A stretch of 64,000 bases of DNA from Trichoplax sp. H2 (taxonomy: Eukaryota), in contig NOWV01000158.1 in NCBI GenBank assembly GCA_003344405.1, forward strand, positions 62,001 to 126,000. The letters run 5' to 3'. Every line of letters begins with the position of its first letter. Position 1 is the first letter of the stretch. This document shows positions 1-12,899 of the stretch, piece by piece. The notes under the pieces are model-generated. The model did not search any database, was not told the DNA's origin, and was given only the letters and a program-made list of their open reading frames with translations. Position numbers and translations under genes: made by a program.

Positions 1-1611
1 AAGAAGTTTTTGAAGAATACCGTAATAATGGTGATTTTAAGGTATTGGCTCAAAATTCCAGCAATTGTTTCCTTCTCAGAAATTTTTAGGAATCTAATGC
101 AAGTATTACTTTTAATTGTAGGGTCCTGTTCAAGAATTGAGCGATAAATCGAATTTTGTAGATAAACTTGTTAACTACGTTCTGGATAAGAAGGATGAGG
201 ATCAGAAGGCTGCTTCTTTGTTGCTGCAGGTCTTATTCGAAGATTCAATTATACCGTCTGATGACTATTCAAAGGCGTAAGTTAATTTCTTTGCCTCTTA
301 CCGATTCTTATAGAGTATGGTGTTTCTCATCAGTTATTTAATTATTTATTGTTATCTTGCATCATAGATTTGTGAGTATCCTAGATGTTGCTACGGATGT
401 GGCAATTGATGTTCCACTGATTTATAGGTATTTAGCGAAGTTGTTTTCGCCGTTAATACCAAGTTGTGTTTCATTACAACAATTAATTAAAATTGCAAAG
501 AACAATGTAATTGCAAGTTGTAATGGCCATAAATTGATTTGTGAAATCTTAGTCAACATCAAGGATATTAAGGTACATTATTCTCATTTGAAGTGAAATG
601 GTATGGTAGGCAATACAAAGTTACTGAATTCAGAACGATTGCATACAAATATATAGGGCGTAGATTTTGTTAGCAAGGTATGGGCAGATAGTGGTGTTTC
701 TGTTTCTGATTTCACAAGCCTGGATAGCGCGAAAGTATTGCGTGAAAACGTATGTTTAGATGTAATAAAAATTAACTTTACGAAATATGTGGAGATTAAT
801 TTGTATTTTATTATCATGAATGCGTAGGGTCTTGAATTTCTGATCAAACCTAAAATCAGTTCTGAAGAGATAGAAGATGAAATTCTACGTATGCTTGAGA
901 ATAGAAATGATACCGCAGTCCAGCAAATGGATCAATTATTGAACACGGTATTGATGAACAATATTTTCGTATTGTATTTACACGTGCATTAGCATAACGC
1001 ATTAGAAAGTAATTATCTAATTAATTATCTTGATCAATTAGTACGCAATTACTCATCAATTGGAAGATTTATTGCATAAAGCCACGATTGCAATTTGCCG
1101 CAGTTGTGTTAAAGGTTGGTTGTCTTTACCGATTTAATTTATTTTGGATTCATTTGTGTAATAAATTGTTTCTGCTGTTTTAATTATTGATGTCACATTA
1201 TTGTCGCTGCAATTGGCAGGAAATAATTGCGATGAAGGAAAATTAAAGAAGAATATTGTTGTGCTCGACTCTGTATTAAAGAAATTTTACGATACTAACA
1301 AAGGTGGACTTGCTTGTTTGAGTCGTATAGAAGAATTTGTGTCCGGTTTAGGCCACCCGCCAGGTAACGTTATGTTTATGTTGCCTTGAAGTATCAAAAT
1401 TGGTTGTTATAAAAATTGCTAATGGTAATTTCATACTATCAATGCAGATCTTCTAGCAAAAATTTTTAACAGTTTATACGATTTTGAAAGTATTAATGAA
1501 GCTACCTTCAAGGAATGGCTTGATGATAAAAAGTCGAGATCACCTGAAGTTGCACGTTCTCTTAGCCATTTTATTGATAGAATTGAGAAGGGCGATGTGG
1601 AATCAGAATAA
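1..1611 (+). CDS. EIF4G: eIF4G-family translation initiation factor, 3' part (MA3 + W2/HEAT domains); 5' end lies outside the window
   Basis: GT-AG exons that join in frame: <1-41, 122-276, 368-572, 657-749, 828-947, 1042-1114, 1220-1363, 1448-1611 (TAA). The peptide has MA3-like segments EVFEEYRNNGDFK...VQEL and DVAIDVPLIYRYLAKLFSPL, then VSKVWADSGVS, then a W2-like C-terminus LGHPPDLLAKIFNSLYDFESINEATFKEWL...SLSHFIDRIEKGDVESE*. This matches eIF4G1/2/3 C-terminal architecture. The paralogue cannot be assigned. Confidence 0.85.
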
Positions 1612-1990
1612 AGATATAAGATTGTTACATATTGTTTAGCGTTTGAATTTAGATTGTTGGGATAACAGACACTTGCAAAGTAAGTTATGCCTAATGTGTA
1701 TAACACTGTATGTTACTATGCATACTTGACAATCATGGTACAATGACTTCTTGTCCGATATCGAGACGTAGATAGATCTGCCAAATGCTTTATGTCACTT
1801 TGGTTTATGGATAAAGTATTATTTTGTGAAGCGCAGATATAACAACTATTTAGATATCGTACGAAGGAATATATTTGTAAGTAAATAATCATATACTTTG
1901 ATATTGGGTGTATTAAACTAAACTATCGTCGCTTGATTTATACTATTACTATTACTTGAATCGAAGAGTTTGTTTTGTCTGATTACAGTC

Positions 1991-2017
1991 AATAAATCGA
2001 AGTTTTATTGAAATAAA
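1991..2017 (+). terminator. Putative polyadenylation signals of the eIF4G gene
   Basis: Two AATAAA hexamers (1991, ~2012) about 400 nt after the stop, followed by a T-rich stretch. Confidence 0.4.
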
Positions 2018-2365
2018 AATTCTTCGCTTTTCGCTTGTAATTTAAGAAATTTGTTAACGGTTTACATTAAATTATAGAATAAGCGATACACAACACGTAT
2101 CATTGTATTATAGACTGCATAGTCGTTGCTAGCTCTCGATTAATTGCTAATTTATTAGCAAACTTATATTGCCTCTTTACCACATTTGTGAGGTAAAACG
2201 CGTTAGGCGATTTCATATCCCTATTGTGCAACTTTGATCAGCATTATTTGTTACTGCCAATCGCGACAGAATATGATCTGTAGTGTTTTATTGATGGTAT
2301 TTTACGATCGTTTCCTGCAACATGGCTTAATATTATCTTTAACTACTGATGTAATATCTAATCAA

Positions 2366-2758
2366 TTAAGTAATATGACCGTTATAAATAAAATAGTAGT
2401 CTTTTATGAATGTGTTATTAACTGTGTAATTAATATAACATTGATAGAGAGCTAGATTACTGCTTGTCATGTAAAAAATATGCAATTTATGCAATTTTAA
2501 AGTATTGCGGGTATTTGTATAATGCAGCATACGTAGTATGAAATGACTGTTTAGTAATACCGTACTTCTGTTTAAATTAAAATTAAAATCACCAATTGGA
2601 TGCATTCGTACCTCATTAGATACTGTTATTAATTTGCGTACTTCACGTAAACGTATATCATTAGCTTTCACTGAATTAGCAGTCAATAGACTTGGATACA
2701 GAATCGAAAGGTATTTCCACGCACTTTGACCGTACGAACTAAAGTAAAATTCAATAGC
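2366..2758 (-). mobile_element. Possible decayed APE-endonuclease fragment of a non-LTR retrotransposon
   Basis: About 130-codon open frame containing IGDFNFNL, later TR..LHIF and IKDYYFIY, loosely in the order of the GDFN / TR..DHIF / SDH motifs. No RT is seen nearby. Confidence 0.25.
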
Positions 2759-3818
2759 CTACAAGCTCTAGGCTGCTAGCCTTTGACATCATATAGTATT
2801 GAAGGGTTAAAATAATCTCATTGAAGCTTAGACCGGTTGGAGGTTAGAAAATTTAAATTTGATATCTAAAATTTATAAAGTAACAGGTTCAGCATAAACT
2901 CTATACCGCTTTATATGATTAACACTATTATATACTTGTCAATGATAATCGTAATGAAATATAACCAGTTTGACATATTAAATACTGAAGAGATTGTGAA
3001 AGTGCACCGTACACATATTCATACACTAGAATGATACTTAATACACGGCATAAAAATCCTTCTTTTCTGGTGCCTTACGTTCACATTTTTAAATATGTTT
3101 ATTACCATGTATCATTAACGATATCAATATTTGTAATATAATCATAATATAATAAATTTACAAAAGGATCAATGAAATCGTTACGAAATACATCGGTCAT
3201 TCTCAAGAGCTAATCTTTTATAGCATATGATTAGCTACAGTGCCAATAAAGACAAATTTCTGGAAAAGATACTCGTATTAACCACATATCATATTTAGAT
3301 TAGGTTATAATTGGTGATAAAGAGTAAAATACAGAGTTGAAATAACCCATTTGATTTAATTAGTAACCAACTTGTTCAAAGTTACTTACGAATACAAGCA
3401 TAGTGTTTTGTATACGTTGAAACTATAGGATTCATTACAATAGTTGGAAAGGAAAGCACGACTATTACACTAAAATATCAGGTTATATTTCTCCAGCTTT
3501 AAAAATATTAAATGAATTAGAGATCAATTTTAAAAAGTATATAGCGTAATTGTTAGAAAGATGGCTTTTATGCAATTAAAGGTTAGGTCCATGGTAGTCT
3601 ATTACTATATTTACTAGTTGTAACGTGCGCGAATATGAAACCTGGATAATAATTCGCAGCAAAGTTCTAATACCGGATCTAGACTATAGGTTTCAATGGC
3701 TAAAATGTTGTAAAGAAATTTTATAATAGTACGGTTGTTGTTATTTTCATGTTCAGTGTAGAAGGAATTGAATAAACCAGATAGTAATTGTATTCTAGTT
3801 GAGGAGTTATGTCTTTAA

Positions 3819-5700
3819 TTAAGTTTCAGGAAATAAGTCGATAGTGTCTTCTGTCATTCTGGAAGTTGGTTTAGCTCTCATAAGAAGTTGAACAATAGCT
3901 TGAGCAAAATTCTCTATATCATCTTCATCGTCATCATCATGGTCATCTTCGTCTTCATTCTCATCTTCATCAACGTCTTCTGATCCTTCGTCCCTCTTCA
4001 ACATTATTATTAAAATTACTGCTTGCGTTTTCTAATTCTGCAGCTAATTTATCAATGATATCGACACTTTTGATAGCTAGATATAAACAAAAAAAGTAAG
4101 AAGGGAAGCGTTGCCAACCAATTTCAATTTCTTCTAGTTGGTTTCTATAGCATTGATATACTACCTTTATATCTTGTTGACAGCCTCAACTGTTATGATA
4201 ACACTTTGCACGATGATGCATATGTAATGAAGATTCATTAGTAGCATTTTCAAAGCAAACATTAGCTTGGTCTACTTTATCTTGCTGATTGTATAATTTC
4301 CAAGTCTATACTGGCCTTGACAGTGTAATTCTTGATCATTTTCAATAATTCGCTTATATATTAATTCGCTCAGCTGGGGATCATCACATGCGATGTGTTT
4401 TTAATGCTGTAACTTAGCAATTTCATACAAGGATGAATAAGTATAAAGTCGGCACTCATCAAGAATATTTCTAGCGAAAAAATGAGCAGCCCTTTGGAGA
4501 TCTTTTTCGACACCGATGCCATGAGCATAGACAATACCCAAAGCAAAAGCAGTGCCACTATCGCCGCCACCGTAGTTTTGCTTGTATAATTAATTCGACA
4601 GAAACGTAAGCTTTTAATAAATATTGATGTATCATTTTAGGATGACTTTCTGAGTCGGAGTATTTAACGGGTTCTTGCATTCGTGCAATATCGACAGCCA
4701 TATGCACTAACGCTTTTGCAAAGTAGATACATTTAAATTTTAAATTTGAACGATCTAGTCATCGCAAGCATTGTTGAATGGTATATAAATCTATTCTTAC
4801 TTTGGAAAGTAACGCTAAGATAGAGCGAGATAGAATGTCCACGGGAAGCAGCTTTCTTAATGTAGTAATTGCGCTTGGCTCTATTTGTTTTTGTAGCACG
4901 AGCCCATCGATATATTAGCCAACCTAAGTACTAATCAGCTCGTCCGTCCCCTAATTTACTAGCGGCTTCAAGATACTCCTTTGCTTTCTGGTAATTGGGC
5001 AGATTCTCTTCATCAACATCACGCAAAATGTTTTCATCGCACTGGACCATGTTGATACTGACTATTGCCAAGAGAATGTAACTCGATGCAACCTTTTCTG
5101 AGCTATAATTGTCAGGATTATCAATGATACCTTTGGCCTCGTCTATAATCACTTTAATATATTTCTCCATTTCGGATAAAAACGCCAATTTGTCCATAAT
5201 TCGCGGTTAACAGGCGATAATTCTTCAACTTGTATAATACATTTAAGATAATCTCGGAACTTACCATAAAGTCATTGGCTGTAATTTTTTACAACTTTTA
5301 ATTCGCCATGCTTCTCGTCTTCAAAATCATCTTCAGCACTAATTAATTCCCATTTGCAAAACCGAGCTACAGGATGACCGAGATTAGCTGCAGCTTCAAA
5401 TTCTTGATTACTTTGACTAAATTTTGACCTTCTGAACTATATCCCCATCGATAGATCAAACCCATTTTATAGTGTGCATGAGCATCGTTGGTATCGGTCA
5501 CTTGTTGCTTATAATCATTTAATGCTTCATCGCTGCCGATCCAATTCAGCCTGTGTAAATGTTGCAGTTTATCCAGAATGTAACCACGTTGGTCATTGTA
5601 TAGGCTAGCTAAACCTTTGCCAAGGGTAAGATGACTCTTCGGCTTTCTTTTCCTTAATATTGTTCAGTCCAATAAAGTCGAAAAGGCAGCCAATTGCACA
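3819..5700 (-). pseudogene. Sel1-like (SLR) repeat protein pseudogene with acidic C-terminal tail
   Basis: Sel1-type repeats on the minus strand: DAHAHYKMGLIYRWGYSSEGQNLVKVIK/EFEAAANLGHPVARF (frameshift ~5405); KAKEYLEAASKLGDGRAD*YLGWLIYRW...YYIKKAASRGH (in-frame TAG 4931-4933); GDSGTAFALGIVYAHGIGVEKDLQRAAHFF (~4480-4567, TAA at 4401-4403); HRAKCYHNS*GCQQDIKVVYQCY. Residual GTAAG donors at ~4800, ~5264 and ~5761. Ends with a D/E-rich tail (ORF 3819-4004). The 5' boundary is uncertain and it may extend to ~6.3 kb or beyond. Confidence 0.75.
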
Positions 5701-8700
5701 CTATTTGTATTCGTCTGATCAATCTTCAATAAGAATGGGAAATTAAAACATTTTTTCTTACTCTGCTACGTGCAATGGGTTGAAATTAGCTTGACGATAT
5801 TACTATTTTATTCTTTGAAATCTGTAGCATTTTTTTTCGCCTAATCTACTTTTCAATCTGGCTAAAAGCAAACAGTATTTCGTTACCATTAAGGCCAAAG
5901 CTAGCTTTGATAACGTTTATTTCATATCAAGCTAGAGATTGTTGTATGCTCAATATCGTTGCGTTATAACTTGATATTAAGCTTATCCTACTTCAACTTG
6001 CCAATCTTGACAAGATTTTACTAGCAAGAGCTGCTGGTCTCGCTATTATGGTACCTTAATATACCTTTTGCATGTAAGAGTCGCAGCCTAGTATACGAGT
6101 ATATAAAGTCCTCGTTATGCTATCATTGCTATGCAAATGCAGTGAAATTTGGTTGGTTATGTCAGATTGGATCTTATTATTGCAGACGGGTGGGGTAGCT
6201 CATGATCCAGTTCTCAAATTTGTTAGCCAGATATACTGTTACTGTATATATACTCGTAATACTCATATGAAAGAAAGTGCGCATCTAATCGAGCTTTACG
6301 AGTATAAATTAATTGCTTAATATTACTCACGCAAGCTCTAACAGCTACTGAAGTAGTAAATTGCCGTTCTAGAAATGGTCATTAACTTAATAGATAGGTT
6401 CTAGTGATTATGTAGCTAAATGACTTATAGTCTGATATTGTCCTTGTTTTGACGTGGAACAAGTACAGTAGATATTCTAGGGAGTAGAGAGCATCATACA
6501 GTACTCTGAATACAGCATATAAATTAATTCATGCGTAAGCTGCAAAGATTAGAAAATATTATCTTCATGGAGAACATTTACAAAAGCGCGCTGTTACCAT
6601 CACAACTCTACCGCTAATAACCATGCAGTAGCTCATGCTAGTAGGGAGTGATCTAGCGATAGAAAGAGAAGCCCCTAAGATCCTCCAATCTCGACTATTA
6701 GATGGTGAAATGGCTGACTGTTGCAATAACTGCGGTCTTATTTTCTCACAGGAATGTTCACGCGATTATTAGCAACAGAAACTACTCAATGAAATGAAGA
6801 TAAATTGATAATATTATTAATACATAAGGATGTTTGTTATATTCGCTTTGGCCGAAACTCTGCTGTTATATGCAGCTATAGGTGGTCATTTTTTCTTCTG
6901 GCTAGGTTCCATTCATTGCTTCCTTAACTGCCTATCCGGATATGCAGTAGTGATAGTTAGTCGTGATTCTTATAGTCTGGATGTTAAGTTAAACTGATGC
7001 AACTATAATTATATGATTTAGCCGGAACCAATTAAAGCTATAACAAAGCCGGCCTGTAAAGGCTTTCGAAGAAGAAAGTAATATCTATTCAAACCTAATC
7101 TTTAGGAGCTTGGATTCCTTAAGAGAGAAAGAACGATTAATAAAAGCGCGAGCTAGTATAGCTTCACCGATGATGCTATTAACAGAATTTGAAGATTGAG
7201 CTTACGTAGTACATGTAGTAAGAATAGTGTTTGTGACTTTGTCCATCATGAATTATGCTGTAATACTGTAGATAGGCAATTAGTAGTCGTAACAAACAGA
7301 TGGCAAATGAATAAACATATTATTGACATATGAATATGCATAACACGATATGATAATGAAGGGATTAAAGATCAGCCATGTAACAGCGCTTGTCACTCAT
7401 TTTTCTTAAACTAGATGTTGTCAATAAGATTATCAATAATAACACTTTCATCAATACAATATGGATATATAGAAGTTGAATGTTCAAATGCAAATAACTT
7501 CTTGTCCGCTATTTTACGTACCAAATCGACCAATGTTGTTATTATCATCATGGTCGACATAAATACTATGCTGTAGAATAGCCTGAGGACATGTAAAATA
7601 GGACACAGTCTAGCCAATTCATAAGATCATGTGCTAATTCAATGTCCAGACACAACATCATTACATCAAAGGGTAGAGGAGAATGATGAATTATTTCATA
7701 TTACATGGAATTTTAGGAATATCAATCAGGTACATGAAATGAAATTATTCACAATAACTAAGAAAGCAAGTACGATAAGATAGTAGAATAAATGAGGACA
7801 CACATTTTATTTTTTACGTCGTTACTATATTATTTTAGGCTATGTTACGTCGTGATATATCGGGTTCAATCAAATCTCTATGCCATCTTATGCAGTTATA
7901 GTTAATCTATCTGGCAATAATTATAGCTCAGTAGATTTGCGCGTAACATCATTTAGAGAATGAATGAATCATCTGTCTTAGCTATAGTCTAGCTATAAGT
8001 TGCTATTGTGCTTTTACTTCTTGACCAATATGCACCATAGATAATAATTACGTGGCAATAATAAAATGATGGGCTAATTCATAGGTGTATCTTAAGGGCA
8101 AAATCAATTTTAGGACAGATTTAAACTATACAATAGCTAATTATAATTATAGAGGAATGGTGAAACACTTTTAGCATTGGCGTTAATTAAATTTACAGCG
8201 AATGTCTATAGGAGGATATTTTCTATTGTCAATTTCAGCATTAGAAAATGTTTTAAGGGCTCCAATAACCTTGTCAAAAAGAGCAAGGGATACAAAGAAG
8301 AATCGTAAATATTCGATTGGAAAGTCTACGTTCATCCTCGTTCTAGTTGTCTATCATGTTGAGATGGTAAATTTCATTCACATTCTTAAATCAATCACAA
8401 TTGAGATTGAATAATTAATAATGCCACCTTTGTACGCAATTACGAATTAATTATGATAATCAGTTATATATTAAACAAGTATCACGTTGTTACTACTGAG
8501 CAGTGAATATTTATAGTTCAAATCTTCTTTAAGGACTATCGCCTTTGCAATTGGAATGCTAAAATTTCTCAGTATTTCTGCGAATGAAATGAAATAATAT
8601 TCTTGAATTATATTATTATTCAGCATGATGATATTTTGAATACAAGGAAACGATTGATAATTTCACAAAATAATATTATTAGTTACTCTTCCCTCGGCTT

Positions 8701-11700
8701 GACTATAGAAATAACTCTTACGGAATGCTTGGTGTTATATTGTACTTATTGGAATACATAGACTACTAAATAAAAGCCTATTTTTAGGAGTCCATGGCAT
8801 CACTAATCATTTGTAGCGTTATATTATAGTTAAAAATTTACAAATCTGCTTGTTCTTATCCGAAAAAAATTTAGACTGCTATTAATAATGAGAACTAAGC
8901 GTATTTCTTTGATCGTACTAATTACGTAGTTTAAATATAATTTATCTTGATAGTTGTATTCAATTGAGGACAAAGTTACCGGTATATCATAAATTTATTA
9001 TTACTGTTGTTGACTCTATCATTCAAGTTGCTAGACTACTTTTAACGTCATTATAATGCGTAATTGGACTAACAATTTCGATCTTTATCTAGGGAGTAAC
9101 GAAATTAATTTGTATTAATAGTAATTGAAAGAAATAACCTTCCTTTTCCCCCTAATCTTGCTGGGGCTGAAGATTTTATCTTCTGGAAGGAAGTAAAGTG
9201 TTTACAACTCTGCTTGGATTGCTGTCGATTATCGTAACAATTACATGATAATCGGCAATTCTGATAAAGGAATGATAGTTATGGATAAACAAATACAATA
9301 TTGTAGTTCTGTATCATATTATCGTTAATAAACAACTTTGAACCACTATTGACTGCAATATAACTACACCCTGAATGAATTTTTTCTCTACAATCACTAA
9401 ACTAGCTTAAAGGTGCCTTTGTTTTTTATAAGTAAATCAAGTTATATACAGTGAATGAAGTTAAGACAGTTTAATGAACAGATTGTGAATATAAATTATT
9501 ATTTTCATAAATCAATGATTTCAAATAGGTTAATTATGACATAGCATACTGACTTTCTATCTTCGATGTAAGTAATCAAAGTGGTCAAAGCGGACATTAA
9601 GAAATAGAACAATCGGCTATATTTATTCGTCGACTTGTTTGATTGGCATTTGTTTAATGCGACAGCTCCATTGGAATAAAATTGTAGATGGCTTTATTTC
9701 CTTTTCATGAAATCGTTACGTTAACATGTCACCACTATTAGCTAAAATCATTCTTGTTGTTGTGTTATTTTAATGGAGATAAATTGATTAGTAGCGTAAA
9801 CCACAAGTATTTTCTTATATATTGTTAGCCACAATTAAGATAGACGTCATCAATCCTTCAATGAGAAGATAACATCTTTTTTCTTTTGTTTAAATAAAAC
9901 AAGCAGAAAAATATACCAACATGTTAATCTACTATGAATAAAATCAGCACAAAATACGATTGTACGATTGGAATTATTTTGAAAGGTTTAATTGAATCAC
10001 TATAAGCGTAAGTCAAGGTGTATGATCTTGTCTTAATCAGTGTTATCCTAATTAATTACGATGATCACGTAATCATCTTTGATTTATAAATAGCAACTGA
10101 CATGATATATCCACAAGAGCCTATAGCTATACTATTCATCTTTATTCTTTCACGTACATTGATTGGAAATTGAGGTAGATCTGGAAATTTCTTTGGGATA
10201 GGAAATAACAACGTGATGTTACTTAAGCAATCAATACGGGCTTAATATGGCTTATTTACCGATGAAATTATCATGATGTATGCGTTTTACTGTAGAATGA
10301 TAATATGCGAGCAGATTTAGCAATTTATCTGGATGAAAGTGTAACAATATATTATTTTACAGATCAATATAGCCCTACTATCGTCTATTTACCGTAAAGG
10401 ATGGCCCAATGATGTACATGAGAAGGAAAGTGCCGGCGAATTAGCATATAATTCATTGATAGATTCGTATATTGTATTGATATCATCTAATAGTAGTAAG
10501 TATTGGCTTAACAGGAACACTTAAATTCTCACATCGGAATTAATGAGAAACTAATGAGGCTAGTTATAGAGCACATGATTTAATAGATTCTATTTCTGAC
10601 ATCTAGATTGATGAGGTATAGACACATTGAACATATAACTTTCAGACAGAAGATAACTGAATGTCATCATTCTGTAGATTAATAGAAATTTAATATGATC
10701 TTCTTGTAGTAAGTGATGGCTTTGTGATGAATTTAAACCCTTATTTTATATTAATAAGGCATAAGAAGATCTTAGAATAATTTTGCAGCCAGATAACGAA
10801 GCATTATAAAACGATCATGACGGTAAGAGGCCAATTATCTGGATCTCTGCTCAGTAGGCGATCTAGCAGTATAAAGAGCACAATGATTATTCGTGGCTTA
10901 GAATAAGACATTGAGCTTAATTCATGCAATTTTTCAATCTTTAATTTTTTCTATATTCCTTGCGATTCTGATTGAATTACAATACTGAATTTTTAGTAAT
11001 AAAGTAGAAATAGTAAGATAAAGTTCAATAACATGATCTTGATGATAGAATATTTCTGCAAAGTCTACCTTTAATAAACGTTGAATCAATTTGATTCCAT
11101 TAATCTATTTTAAGTATGAAACAAATTAGATGGCAACGATTTAGTTTATTTGTAACAAGGAAGGCATTAATTATAACACTATTAGTCTTGTTAAATATAT
11201 TAAATGCTTAAAAAAGGTTGATGTAATGATATCCCGGAGAGATATGACGTCCATAATTATCACGGTTGGAGTTCAAATAATAATTATGCAACCTTGAAAC
11301 TAGAAAAACACAGTAATAATATTCTCAAGGAATATTTTCTCCATTCATAATTGATAACTTTAAAGACAAATAAAGAGAACTATCAATAAGGTTTCTTCAT
11401 ACCTTATTTTATTATAGTTTTTATATTTTCAAAATATCTTTAATAATCATAATTATCCCTAATATATTAATAGACGGTTTGCTATTAACTATAATTGATC
11501 ATCATTCGGTACAGAAATTTAATGTAATAAAGAGTTCATTATCATCAATGAAATCGTAGAGAGGATTTATTTGCAATACTGATGAACATGCTACGCTAAA
11601 AAGAAGTAAATAATTCACTAATTGCATTAATTTGATTTAAATACTAGTTATAAGTGTATCTTTAAGAGGATAGTGACGAGCGCTTTGATTATTTTACTGC

Positions 11701-12899
11701 TGATATGGTTAACATATTATTTGCCCAATTCTAGACGAAATTGTATAATTAAATCATTTAGCTAAATTAGATGAAATACTTCATTTTAATACTCTACTAC
11801 TGATATTACCATAACTATCTAGTTGATGATATACAATCTGTCTTCAGTTGATAGATGAACAATGATCTGGGTTAATTAAATTGCATCCTATGGAGCTTTA
11901 TTCTGTAAAATAGAATATCAAAATGAAATTATCATGAAAAAAAGATAATAAAATTCAGTGTTACTATTCGAATAGTCAGCATAGTTTCCATAAAATGATT
12001 ACAATAATATCTGATTTTAAATAATGTATAGATATTGTTTGTGAACTATAGTTTACATTGACTATATTTAGTTCGAGAATTTTTGGGTAGGATGATGAAA
12101 GTAATGAGTCTTGCTGTACAGTATATTTAAGATCTGAAAAGGTAGGGTAAATACTACGACAATAAATTGTCCATAGATTGAGCTAGCTATCTCAGTTAAG
12201 ATATTGATATGATTTCTCTATTTTGAGATAAACATATTTCCTTAGTAGATAAGTAGCGTAAATTTTGGACTAATAACATGCTATAGAAATATTAGCACTA
12301 TATAATTTTGAAATGATGTAAAACTATGAAGTTTGCTAATGACTTAGAATAATTTGGGCTTAAAATCGAGATAATCAAATGCTCACACATCAGAATTTAG
12401 AAGTAACTTGAACGATTTGATATAGCGTAAATTCCTAGCCTTGATATCGCCTTATTTAATAAATCAGATCACCCAGCTTGTTTAATGTGTTCAATTTCAA
12501 GTTAAAAAATTTGTTACATACTGTGCCACTCTGTAACGATGTTGATATGTCGAAATACCTACCATTGATTTATATTGACGATAGGTTAGTCAATTGTCCA
12601 TGTATTTCATAACTTTGACCATCCGGTGTAGTCTCTATTGTCTCCCTTCCTCGTATCTTAAACTATTCCAAATGGATGACAACGAGGAAGAGGTGAAATT
12701 AAAGCATTTATAGATTTATTAATTTACAGTTAATATCATATTAAAAAAGAGAATGGTAGACTCTATAGCTACGATAAGGATCAAGCTACCATTAGATAAC
12801 TCTGCCGTGCAGAGATTCACTTGTTGATCTGCAATAGAACAACTTGAATTATTCTGTTTAAGCTATTTGACAGGTCATATCATGGTAAATTAAGTTATA

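Noticed and set aside
584..1706. Minus-strand ORFs over eIF4G
   Set aside because: Antisense shadows spanning exons and introns of the plus-strand gene.
4150..4240. Cys-rich stretch (SCKVL..GCQQD..C) suggesting a MYND zinc finger
   Set aside because: In the continuous frame it reads HRAKCYHNS*GCQQDIKVVYQCY, which fits a Sel1 repeat like its neighbours. The MYND Cys spacing is incomplete.
4370..4570. Hydrophobic ORF MAAIVALLLLWVL... resembling a signal peptide
   Set aside because: It is an alternative frame over the Sel1 repeat GDSGTAFALGIVYAHG.
6593..6606. X-box-like GTTACCATCACAAC
   Set aside because: The second half-site deviates from RGYAAC and there is no identifiable gene start adjacent.
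10363..10522. Short frame SSIYRKGWPNDVHEK... reminiscent of the GWP motif in Gypsy pol
   Set aside because: Only a three-residue motif; no other pol motifs nearby.
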